Assembly (NCBI GenBank): GCA_035273265.1
Contig: DATEPG010000298.1
Location: 14,669 to 78,668, forward strand
DNA length: 64,000 nucleotides
Source: Polyangiaceae bacterium
GTDB taxonomy: Bacteria; Myxococcota_A; Polyangia; Polyangiales; Polyangiaceae
Direction: 5' to 3'
Shown here: one piece after another, positions 21,010 through 29,902 of the stretch
Layout: every line of letters begins with the position of its first letter
Position numbering within the stretch: position 1 is the first letter of the stretch
The notes under the pieces: generated by a model
Seen by the model: only the letters and a program-made list of their open reading frames with translations
Databases searched by the model: none
What the model was told of the DNA's origin: nothing
Made by a program: the position numbers and the translations under genes

Positions 21010-21827
21010 CGGAGCGCTTCTCTGCGAAGGTCACTATTGGCCATCTTGATCACATCCGCCGGGGTCTGGGGGCCGTCGCCAAGCATGTCGAAGACACGAG
21101 AAGGATTGACGAGGTCCCGACCTGTGTCGAGCAACTCGCGGTAAAACGCCAGGTTCTCGCGTTCAGAACGACTCTTTACATCGCTCGGAATGCAGCAAAA
21201 AAGCAGCTGCCCTTGCCGCAAAGCGCGCGAGAGATCGAGCGGGCCGAGTAGACGCAGCTCAATCGTGAAGTGCCGATAATCAATCTTCCCGGTCTCCTCC
21301 GCCCCCGCATGAATTCCGTCGGGATCTGGCTGGCACGGAAGCACGTTCCGTTCGAAGTAGCGAACGAAGTCGTCACAGGCGAAGTAGCGGTCGAGGTGCT
21401 CGGCCGCCTTCGGCCGCCAGTCGGTGTCGCGCCAGAGCTTGGTTTCGACATAGCGCTTCTTGTCATCGACAGCGAAATGGGACACGGGCTGGAGGCAACT
21501 TTTTCGTGCGCAGCTCAGATTGGTTGCGTCACAGTCGATGCCGCCCAAGCCGAAGGGCGTGGCTTCGAGCGGGCCGTCCAGATTTCTGAAGGCAAAAAGA
21601 ACGCTGCCATAGGTCTCATCGCCTCGTGCAGAATGAAAGTACACGCTGTGTTCCAGCTTCAGTTTCTCTTCCAGCCGCCGGGTACCTTCGCTCTCGTGTG
21701 CCGGCTCCAGAATGCCATCGCCAAAGACGCGTCGGATGTGCTGCGCGCGTCGGTTCGGATCCTTCGGGACGAGTACGCGTACGAGAGGTAACTTTCCTGC
21801 GATCTGCTCGGCCCTGATACTCGCCAT
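21006..21827 (-). CDS. Hypothetical protein, possible ADP-ribosyltransferase-like fold
   Basis: Probable start MASIRAEQ at 21827; LPLVR..GIL.P..VYF..ATPFG..DYRHFTIEL pattern; stop overlaps the next ATG. Confidence 0.7.
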   Translation of the reverse strand: MASIRAEQIAGKLPLVRVLVPKDPNRRAQHIRRVFGDGILEPAHESEGTRRLEEKLKLEHSVYFHSARGDETYGSVLFAFRNLDGPLEATPFGLGGIDCDATNLSCARKSCLQPVSHFAVDDKKRYVETKLWRDTDWRPKAAEHLDRYFACDDFVRYFERNVLPCQPDPDGIHAGAEETGKIDYRHFTIELRLLGPLDLSRALRQGQLLFCCIPSDVKSRSERENLAFYRELLDTGRDLVNPSRVFDMLGDGPQTPADVIKMANSDLRREALR

Positions 21828-22375
21828 CCCACGATCCCCCCACTTAGACTCTGGCACTACCGCACTCGTCACGATGTCACGCTTTGGCCGTGCCGCGAAA
21901 ACCGCCGTCGGCTGTAGACCCGATCCCATCTGCCTTCGCAAATGGTACGCGCGAGGGGACGTGCGCTGCAAGGGCAGCTTTGCTGAAGGCCAAAGTCCCC
22001 TCGCTGAGCTGAACTTGGATCCGATTGCGTCGGGACGTCGACCCCTCTGTGTCTCTTTCACACTGCGGACCAGCGCAGTGGGTGTTGCTCTCGAGCCGCT
22101 GTCGGATGCGCCCCTGCGCTCTAGGTTTCGAGGGCATGGCCTGCGAATGCCGCTCAAGTGACGTGGGTCCGCGGGCCGAGCTCCCAGCCCGGCTACTGGA
22201 TGTGGCGAGTTGCGCCAGCTGCGCAGTTTCTGGTGGGAGGGCTTCATTCGAGTGACTTCCAGTAGCGAGAGAATCGGAGCCAACTATGGCGGGAATTCTG
22301 TGCATCCCGGGTTGCGATGCTGGATCTCGATCGCCCAACTCAGGACCTGAGTTCAGATGCGGTATTCTCACTTTC

Positions 22376-22720
22376 ATGCCGATCACCGCGAAGCGCGCCA
22401 AAGAGCTCGCCCTGTCGCTCGAGAATGCCAGCTCGTATCCGCATTTCGATCGCATCGCGTTTCGAACTCCGCGTCGCACTTTTGCGACGCTCGCGCTGAA
22501 CGGACAAGATCTCAACTTCATGCTCGACCCGGCAGAGCAGCGGCACCTCTGCGACCTGGCACCACAGGCTCTCACTCCGGTTTCTGGCGGCTGGGGCCGG
22601 ATGGGCTGGACGCGCTGTGACCTGCGCGGCGTCGATGCGGCCACTTTCAAAGCGGCGCTGCTGGCCGCGCATGCTCGTGCCAATGCGCCGCTGGCCAAGC
22701 GAACACGCAAGCGGGGCTAG
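22376..22720 (+). CDS. MmcQ/YjbR family DNA-binding protein
   Basis: LALSL...PHFDRIAFR..RTFATL...GGWGRMGWT. Confidence 0.88.
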   Translation: MPITAKRAKELALSLENASSYPHFDRIAFRTPRRTFATLALNGQDLNFMLDPAEQRHLCDLAPQALTPVSGGWGRMGWTRCDLRGVDAATFKAALLAAHARANAPLAKRTRKRG

Positions 22721-22790
22721 CGCTACTCGAGCGTCCGCAAGCCTGACGCGACATGCGCGCATTGGGGCGAAACGTGTTAAACCCCGGGGG

Positions 22791-24842
22791 ATGTCGAGTG
22801 GCGATTGCGGGCGCGCGGGGTGGGCTTCGGTGTGTGGATTGGTCGTGGCAGTGCTGGCGTGGGGCGAGCCCGCTGCGGCGCAGGTAACACAGACGGACGC
22901 CGTCCATACGCCGCTGCCGCAGCCGGTAGATAAAGCCGAGGCCAATCTGGTGAACGACTCTTGGGCTTGGAACGCGAACACCATGGTCGACCGGGCCCCG
23001 GACGGCACGCCCTTCAGTTCCGCGATCCGCTACGGCGAGTACTACGCGCCGCCGAGCTTTCCGCAGTTCGTCACGGGCGATGCCATCACCCTGCAGGGGC
23101 TGTTCAAGTGGCGCAAAGAATCACTCGATGCGGTGCAGGATGCCAAGACGGATCCGGGCTATTTCTCGGCCAAGTGCGGCTTTACGGCAGAGCTCGTGCT
23201 GCTGGGCGGCAACTGCCAGGCACAGCTCGGTTGGTACAACGTCACTGATCCGACGAGCAAGATCCCACCCGCGGTGAGCGAGATCTTTCCGGTCTTCACC
23301 GGAAAGCCGCAAGATCAGCTCAACTGTGTCCAAGACAACGGCACGACGCGCAAGATCGACGGCTACTGCCCGCTCGCCTGGGACAATCGTCATCCTCGCG
23401 ATCTCTCGACCAAGCGCTGGACCCCCAAGTCGTTTCCGTCGGGAGATCTCTCCAAGGACCCCCGCTACAAGGGTGGCTACGTCGGCTTTGCGATGATTGG
23501 CGATCCCGTCAAATGCCCGCAGAACAAGTTCTCGATGTACGAGCACAACCAGCGCAACGCGAGCGGCGTGCCTTGGGTCACCACCTTGATCTATCAGTCG
23601 AAGTTGGACTCGAACGGCTTCTACCTGGCCTTCGAAGACTTGCCGATGTCGACTGCTGATTGGACGAAGACCAGCGATGGCAAGCCCGGGGCCAACGGTG
23701 ACTTCAACGACAATGTCTACTATGTGTCCGGGCTCACGTGCGCGGGCGGCAATCAGGCCTGCTATACCGCGCAATTCGGAGCGTGTGCAATCGGTCGGAC
23801 CGATTGCGCGATCGATGGACAGTCTTCCGCGCCCGCGTGCCGTTCCGTGCTGCAGGCGAGCACGGAAGTCTGCGACAACGTCGACAATGATTGCGACGGC
23901 GTGGTCGATGACGGCGCCGGGCTCTGTCCAAACAGCAATGCGCCGATCTGTTTTCTCGGCGCATGCGTCGCTACTTGCAAGGGCGGCGCGTTCTCGTGTC
24001 CCATCGGTACGACCTGCGATTCGAGCGGCCGCTGTACCGAACCAACCTGCGCCGGGCTCAGCTGCCAGCCGGGCAGCGTGTGCCGCAATGGGGCATGCAG
24101 CGATCAGCCTTGCTTGGGCGTGGTCTGTCCTTATGGCAGCCAGTGTGAACTCGGTCAGTGCATCGATCCGTGTGCCGGCGTGGCCTGTGCTAGCGATCGA
24201 GTGTGCGACCGAGGACTGTGTATTGCCAAGTGCGATTGCAACGGTTGCGCTACCGGCTTGAGCTGCGGCAGCGACGGGCGCTGCGTGGACGCCGCCTGCG
24301 TCGGCAAAGCTTGCCTTTCGGGCACCACGTGTCGATTGGGTAGTTGCATCGATCCGTGCGCGGGAGTGGCTTGCCCGGGCAAGGACGTGTGCAGCAACGG
24401 CTTTTGTCGAGCGCCTTCCGCGAGCGGAGGGAACGGCGGCGGGACCAGCGCAGGCGGAGCGCTGTCCTTCGGCGGCAATCCAGCGGCTGGAGCGGGGAGC
24501 GGTGGCACGGCTGGGGCGGGGACCGGTGGTACGGCTGAGGCGGGAGCGGCCGGCGCAGCAGAAGGCGGCGTCGCCAACGCGGGGGCCCCGGACGACGTGG
24601 CGGGAAGCAGCAACACCGCAGGCGCTGCCCTCGCCGCCGGGGGCTCGAGTAACCAGGCAGGAACGACGGCCGCTGGTGGCATCGGTTCAAACGCTTCAGA
24701 GCCGGCGAAGTCTTCCGGTTGCAGCTTTGCTTTACCCGGGCAAGCGCAGTCGCAGCGAGCACTCCCACTGTTGGGCTTGATGTTCGGGGCTATGTTCATG
24801 CGTCGGCGTCTTCGCAGGTCGGCCAAGGCGTTGGGCCTCTAG
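22791..24842 (+). CDS. DUF4114-like Cys-rich surface protein with MYXO-CTERM-like tail
   Basis: Signal peptide, LAFEDL..GDFND motif, EVCDNVDNDCDGVVDD, many Cys repeats, G/A linker, SGCSF-hydrophobic-RRR tail. Confidence 0.85.
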   Translation: MSSGDCGRAGWASVCGLVVAVLAWGEPAAAQVTQTDAVHTPLPQPVDKAEANLVNDSWAWNANTMVDRAPDGTPFSSAIRYGEYYAPPSFPQFVTGDAITLQGLFKWRKESLDAVQDAKTDPGYFSAKCGFTAELVLLGGNCQAQLGWYNVTDPTSKIPPAVSEIFPVFTGKPQDQLNCVQDNGTTRKIDGYCPLAWDNRHPRDLSTKRWTPKSFPSGDLSKDPRYKGGYVGFAMIGDPVKCPQNKFSMYEHNQRNASGVPWVTTLIYQSKLDSNGFYLAFEDLPMSTADWTKTSDGKPGANGDFNDNVYYVSGLTCAGGNQACYTAQFGACAIGRTDCAIDGQSSAPACRSVLQASTEVCDNVDNDCDGVVDDGAGLCPNSNAPICFLGACVATCKGGAFSCPIGTTCDSSGRCTEPTCAGLSCQPGSVCRNGACSDQPCLGVVCPYGSQCELGQCIDPCAGVACASDRVCDRGLCIAKCDCNGCATGLSCGSDGRCVDAACVGKACLSGTTCRLGSCIDPCAGVACPGKDVCSNGFCRAPSASGGNGGGTSAGGALSFGGNPAAGAGSGGTAGAGTGGTAEAGAAGAAEGGVANAGAPDDVAGSSNTAGAALAAGGSSNQAGTTAAGGIGSNASEPAKSSGCSFALPGQAQSQRALPLLGLMFGAMFMRRRLRRSAKALGL

Positions 24843-24893
24843 CCCTGAAATACGCCCTGCGGTCGCGCTTGCGTCCGGCGCCGGTCAGTCTGG

Positions 24894-26819
24894 CTATTGC
24901 GACGCCAATGGCTGCCGTTCACGCTTTGCAAGCACGGATTTGACTAGTCGGCGTAGGTCATCCGGACGCGCAGGCTTTTCCAGAACAGCGGCGATCCCTG
25001 GTGGCGCAACCGGCAACATGCCGCTGTAGAGCACGACGGGGGCGTCGGTGAGCTTGCGTAGCGAGGGAAAGGCGTGGATGCCGGTCTCGTTGGGCATCGA
25101 CTGATCGAGGATCACCAGGGCCACCGGAGTGTGAGCCAGGAGCTCGCGTGCTTCCTGAGCGTGACCGGCTTCCAAGATCGTGTAGCCGTCGCGCTCGAGC
25201 AGACGGCGGATCGTGCGGCGAACGGGGGCCTCGTCGTCGACGAGCAGAACTACGGTGCCCGTGACACAGGGCGCAATCGGGACGGGAGGCGAGGCTGGCG
25301 CGGACGCCGGGACGCTCCGCTCGGGAAGTAGCAGGGTAAAGGTCGTGCCTTCGCCCAGCGCGCTTTCGCAGCGAATGCTGCCGCCGGCGTCGCGCACGCG
25401 CTCGGCGACGTTGGCCAGGCCGAGGCCGCTGCCTTTGTGCGGCGGCTTGGTGCTGAAGAACGGCTCGAAGACCCGTGTTTGCACGTCCTCGTGCATACCG
25501 ACGCCCGTGTCGCTCACCCGCAGCTCGATTGCGGGACTTCCGCTGTCGTCAAGCACGCGGCGTAGATCGATGCTGGCTTGGCGAAGCGGTCCGAGCGAGG
25601 CATCGAGAGCGTCGCGAGCGTTGAACAACAGATTGAGCAGTACTTGCTCGAGATCCGTCGCCTGCATCGACACGTGCCCCACGGGCCCCTCGACGTGATG
25701 CTCGAGGCAGATCTCGCGCGGGAAGGTCACTCGACAAATGCCGATCACCCGCGCAACGACGTCGAGCGGATCGGCCGTGGTGGACGAGCGTGAGGCTCCC
25801 CGTTGCGTGAGCAGAAGTAGGTTTCGCACCAAGTCCCGCGCTTGCAAGCTCGCCTCGAGCGCTGCGGACAGCCCCGGATTTTCGGTCACGCTGCCGTCGA
25901 TCTCGAGCTCGATGTTGGGTACGATGACCGCCAGCAGATTGTTGAAGTTGTGGGCAATGCCGGCTGCAAGCTGACCGAGGCTCTCCACGCGAGCGGCGCG
26001 CTGATTCTGCATCGCCAGCCGCTTCTGCTCGGTGATGTCGATGCCTCCGCCCATCAATCGCATTGGCTTGTCCTCGGCGTCCTTGATCACGGTGCCCACC
26101 GCCAGCAGCCAAACCTGCCGACGTTCCGGAAGCGTGATCACTCGGTGCTCGAACGCGCGGTAGATCCCCGTGGCCAGCGCCTCGCTAACCATTTCTTGCA
26201 CCAGCGCACGGTCGTCCGGATGCACGAGCGCAATGTAGCTCTGAAAGTCGGGCGGCGTCTGGGCTACACCCCAGATCTCGCACAGCCGATCGTTCCACTC
26301 GATCTGGTTGGTTGGTATGTCCCAACTCCACAGCCCCATGCGCGAAGCTCCAATGGCGAGGCTCAGGGCTTCCCCTTTCTCGATCAGCGAACGTTCGAGG
26401 CGCACTCGATCGGTGATGTCCGTGGGAACGATCAGGATCGCCCGCACTTCTTCGTGCTCCACCAATGGGATGGCGCGCGTCAGGTAGGTGTGACCGGATG
26501 AGCCATCCTCTCCTTGCCCCACGCATTCGTAGCGCTCGGGGCGGCGGGTCTGGGCGACTCGAGCAAACGTCGCCCGCATCACTTCCGCCGAGGCCGGCTC
26601 GACGAAGTCGAAGATGCTGCGACCGATCACCGAACCAAATGCCTCGGACGTTCGCCCGGTTGCCAGCATGTGGCCTTCCAGGTCGATGACCGTGAGAAAT
26701 TCCGAAGCGTGCTCGCTGAGGTAGCGCCGTAGGGGATCGCTGCCCGAGTCGAGCGCCTGCTCGAGTTGAATGATCCGATCGCGAAGGACCTGATTCTCCC
26801 GCGCGAGCTCGTCCTGCAT
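24894..26819 (-). CDS. PAS-domain hybrid sensor histidine kinase with receiver
   Basis: Two PAS domains, H-box GIAHNFNN, NARDA, DTGVG, FEPFFSTK, GSGLGL, receiver LVDDE..ILD..KP. Confidence 0.95.
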   Translation of the reverse strand: MQDELARENQVLRDRIIQLEQALDSGSDPLRRYLSEHASEFLTVIDLEGHMLATGRTSEAFGSVIGRSIFDFVEPASAEVMRATFARVAQTRRPERYECVGQGEDGSSGHTYLTRAIPLVEHEEVRAILIVPTDITDRVRLERSLIEKGEALSLAIGASRMGLWSWDIPTNQIEWNDRLCEIWGVAQTPPDFQSYIALVHPDDRALVQEMVSEALATGIYRAFEHRVITLPERRQVWLLAVGTVIKDAEDKPMRLMGGGIDITEQKRLAMQNQRAARVESLGQLAAGIAHNFNNLLAVIVPNIELEIDGSVTENPGLSAALEASLQARDLVRNLLLLTQRGASRSSTTADPLDVVARVIGICRVTFPREICLEHHVEGPVGHVSMQATDLEQVLLNLLFNARDALDASLGPLRQASIDLRRVLDDSGSPAIELRVSDTGVGMHEDVQTRVFEPFFSTKPPHKGSGLGLANVAERVRDAGGSIRCESALGEGTTFTLLLPERSVPASAPASPPVPIAPCVTGTVVLLVDDEAPVRRTIRRLLERDGYTILEAGHAQEARELLAHTPVALVILDQSMPNETGIHAFPSLRKLTDAPVVLYSGMLPVAPPGIAAVLEKPARPDDLRRLVKSVLAKRERQPLASQ

Positions 26820-26998
26820 TCGACGATCGAAGGTATCTCAGCAGCGTCGGGACCGCCAATCGACTTCGGGCGCCGCAGCCGATGGCGATTTCCGTCCCAT
26901 CGAGCGGCGGACAATTTGCAACAAGCCCAGTGTGGAGCCCGTGGTCGCGTCAGAATACCAGCGAACGGGCGTCTGTTGGGACCCGCGGTATCGCGCCG

Positions 26999-28153
26999 CT
27001 AGCGCCACTCGGCGTCGGGCAGGCCAGGCGGTCCGAGCGGCTCCTGATCGACTTTGGGTGGAGCGCCGACGTCGTGTGCGCCGCGTAGCGTTTCGACGTC
27101 GCTCACGATCGGCTTGGGGGTCACGAACGTGAGCCAGCTCTTCCAGATTGCTTCACCCCAGCCGAAGCTGCGATACGGCACCCCATTCTCCTTGCACCAG
27201 CTCTCTACGATTGGTTGCAAGGCGCGCAAGTGGACGTGGCTCAGCTGAGGGAAGAAATGATGCTCGATCTGATATTCGAGGCCCGAGCACACGAAGCGCC
27301 CCAGGATGCCGGTGCGAAAGTTGATCGTGGTCGCCCCTTGGCGCAGGTAGAAATCCGCCGACAGGCGCTGGCCAGGTGCAAGACAGGCGGCTTCGGCCGG
27401 GTAGTGACCGGGCGCGAGCACCGCGAACATGCCGCAGCCGATCAAGGCCAAGCGCAGCAGGTAAAACAGGATCACGTCGAGCGGCCGAAAAAACAGCATC
27501 GGTAGCGCGATCCACAGCGCAATGTGTAGCACCATGCAGCCCAAGTCCGCCCAGGGCGCGAGTTTATTGCGGCCAGGGTTCTTCAGCACGAGGAACAAGC
27601 GCACCCAACCTTGACGGATGATGTTGAGCCCATTCAAGGGCAACACCAAGAGCAAGAGCAGGCCTTGGAGCAGGGGCCAGCGCTCTCGCCAGCCAGCAAA
27701 CGCCGACAGGTGCGCTTCGTTCAAGGCGAACACTGGGCGGAGATCGCAGTCGTGGTCGACGCCGGTGACGTTGGGCGACGGATGATGAACGATCAAGTGG
27801 CTGTATCGCCAATAGCTGCACGAAACCTGCAGCAGCAGCGGGAAGCTCACATAGAATAGAATGCGATTGGCGAGCGACGAACGGAATGTCGCGTTGTGCG
27901 AGGCGACGTGGCCCAAGGTCGCGATGCCCGTGAAGCCGACGCACGAAACCAGCAGCCCGATGATCCGCAGTGGCAACGACGGCACCAGCACGAACGCCGC
28001 AATCCCTGATAGTCCAAGGCTCAGGTGAAGGAACCACGCCAGCAGCACCGGCGCCGCAGGGCGCTCGTGGAACCCGCTGGCCTTGACCTTCGCGCGGAGC
28101 TCGGCCCCACGCGCGGCTGCGTCTGCGTCACTTCGTGGATATGTAAGGTGCAG
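26999..28153 (-). CDS. Fatty-acid (acyl-CoA) desaturase
   Basis: His boxes HVASH, HLIVHH, QIEHH; frame is open upstream of GTG 28048 to CTG 28153, so the start is uncertain. Confidence 0.88.
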   Translation of the reverse strand: MHLTYPRSDADAAARGAELRAKVKASGFHERPAAPVLLAWFLHLSLGLSGIAAFVLVPSLPLRIIGLLVSCVGFTGIATLGHVASHNATFRSSLANRILFYVSFPLLLQVSCSYWRYSHLIVHHPSPNVTGVDHDCDLRPVFALNEAHLSAFAGWRERWPLLQGLLLLLVLPLNGLNIIRQGWVRLFLVLKNPGRNKLAPWADLGCMVLHIALWIALPMLFFRPLDVILFYLLRLALIGCGMFAVLAPGHYPAEAACLAPGQRLSADFYLRQGATTINFRTGILGRFVCSGLEYQIEHHFFPQLSHVHLRALQPIVESWCKENGVPYRSFGWGEAIWKSWLTFVTPKPIVSDVETLRGAHDVGAPPKVDQEPLGPPGLPDAEWR

Positions 28154-28160
28154 CTGGGGC

Positions 28161-29633
28161 CTACTTCACGTACTCGTAGTACTCGACGCTCAGATCTTGG
28201 AAGGATGCGTCGTAGGCAGTACCGACACGGTCGATCACGAATTCTGAACTGGGGGCATAGGGCAAATCGAGCTCACGGCGATCGTGAAGGGACTCGTATT
28301 GTGCTTGATTCAAGTCGATCGCGCCAGCTAGCGCGCGGCCGAGGCCGATCTGCGCTGCGGCCCGCTCGAAGCCGTCACTCGGCGAAATCGGAATCGCCTC
28401 AGCCGCGTCTCCGCTGCCGTAGCCGACAGCGACCATGTTGGCGTGCGCCAGGGGCAGCTGCTTTTCGGCGGCGTCTTCCAGACCGGCGGCTATCCATGCC
28501 GGAAGCGCGGCGCTGTACAGGTTGCCCAGCTGTTTCGTGTTCTCGGAGCCGAGCGACATCTTCTGCGTCAGCAGCTCGCGAAAGCTGGGTTTCTTACGCA
28601 GCAAGCTGGCCACGGCACTGGTCGCACTGTACGGATCGTTGTCCGGGCCGCCCTTGAGAAGCAGGTCGTAGAGGTCGGGAGTGGAGGTGGTTTCCGCGAG
28701 CACGGCTTCGACGCTCACCCCGGCTTCTGCGCACAACGCCTGGAACTCGTCTTGGTGATGGTCGCCTCGTGCCAGGCCCCGCACGTACAAGAAGGCCATC
28801 GCCTGCACCGGCATCAGGTGATAGGGACGATGAAAAAACAGGCCTTGGACGCTCTGGTAGTAGCTGCCGGCCGAAACCTCCAGGCGCTTCAGCATGTCTT
28901 CGACTGCGTGCACCGTCTCGTCCAGATACGCGTAGGTGGAGTATTTCCCGCTGAACACGGGGAAGTCACTACGGCGCTCGGTGTTCGGCGCATAACCGTC
29001 CGTGAAATGACGCGCGTGCGGTTTTCTGAAATCCGGTCCGCGGTAGTCCGACGAACTGCCTGCGTGCAACAAGTCGACCGCGAACAGCCGAGGCGTGCGT
29101 TCGACCAACATGGCCACCGCGCCCGCGCCTTGGGTTTGCTCGCCGCTCGAGCCGCGCTCGTACTCGGCCACGTCGGCGCTGACGACGATCGCTTGGCGAT
29201 CGCGGCCGTCGTAATTCACGTAGCGTAAGGCATTTTTGAGCGCGTACACGCCGCCCAAGCAGGCGTGCTTGAACTCCGGTACCTCGAGCTGGCGCGACAA
29301 GCGCGGCATGTTCAGCTTGTCCAGCGCGCGGTCGACCATCCCGCGTACGATCACCGCACCCGCGGCGTTGTCCGTGCTCGATTCGGTGCCGAGCCCGAGT
29401 GAGCCGACGCGCGCCGGGTCGACTTCGTTCTGCAGAATGAGCCGCAGTACGGCGTTGGCCGCCATCGTGTACACGTTCTCGTGTTGGCCGCAGACGCGGA
29501 AACTGTGGCCGACCACCGCGCGCACCTTGTCCCAGCTATTTCCAGTCCAGGCGCACCATTGGTCCAACGGCACGCGCAGCCGCGGGACGTACAAACTCAT
29601 CGCGCTCACGCCGGGCAGTGGATGGTTGGTCAC
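28161..29633 (-). CDS. Hydroxymethylglutaryl-CoA synthase family protein
   Basis: GTES, KHACLGG, EQTQGAGAVAM, DFRKP, FHRPY, GNLYS, GYGSG. Confidence 0.9.
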   Translation of the reverse strand: MTNHPLPGVSAMSLYVPRLRVPLDQWCAWTGNSWDKVRAVVGHSFRVCGQHENVYTMAANAVLRLILQNEVDPARVGSLGLGTESSTDNAAGAVIVRGMVDRALDKLNMPRLSRQLEVPEFKHACLGGVYALKNALRYVNYDGRDRQAIVVSADVAEYERGSSGEQTQGAGAVAMLVERTPRLFAVDLLHAGSSSDYRGPDFRKPHARHFTDGYAPNTERRSDFPVFSGKYSTYAYLDETVHAVEDMLKRLEVSAGSYYQSVQGLFFHRPYHLMPVQAMAFLYVRGLARGDHHQDEFQALCAEAGVSVEAVLAETTSTPDLYDLLLKGGPDNDPYSATSAVASLLRKKPSFRELLTQKMSLGSENTKQLGNLYSAALPAWIAAGLEDAAEKQLPLAHANMVAVGYGSGDAAEAIPISPSDGFERAAAQIGLGRALAGAIDLNQAQYESLHDRRELDLPYAPSSEFVIDRVGTAYDASFQDLSVEYYEYVK

Positions 29634-29902
29634 GGGTCCGCGTCGTAGTGAATGCGGCTCCGGGTTTCAATGACGCGATCCGGAAGGGCCGGAGATCAGG
29701 GGTATAAGTTGAGTTTCCGGCCCTGGTCGCCGGGCTGCTGCCGGGCCATTCACGCCCCGTTCGGCGCTCTTCTGGAGGCGTCCGCGCTCGTCTGGCCGCG
29801 ATTACGCGCTGCGTCGAAAGCCGGCGGTCCGGAGCGAGGCTGGCCAAGAATCGAACTCGAACCGCGGCCGGGGATGCCTCCTGCGCCCGCAGCTCGGCTT
29901 TT

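Noticed and set aside
21828..22283. N-terminal extension of the 425-aa ORF 21006..22283
   Set aside because: Low-complexity Arg/Pro/Ser-rich translation typical of non-coding high-GC DNA; ATG 21827 is the more plausible start.
13226..24842. OmpA-TSP3 and Cys-rich MYXO-CTERM protein as a TraB/TraA kin-recognition pair
   Set aside because: They are 7.5 kb apart and in the reverse of the usual order, the N-domain looks DUF4114-like, and both architectures have many paralogues in myxobacteria.
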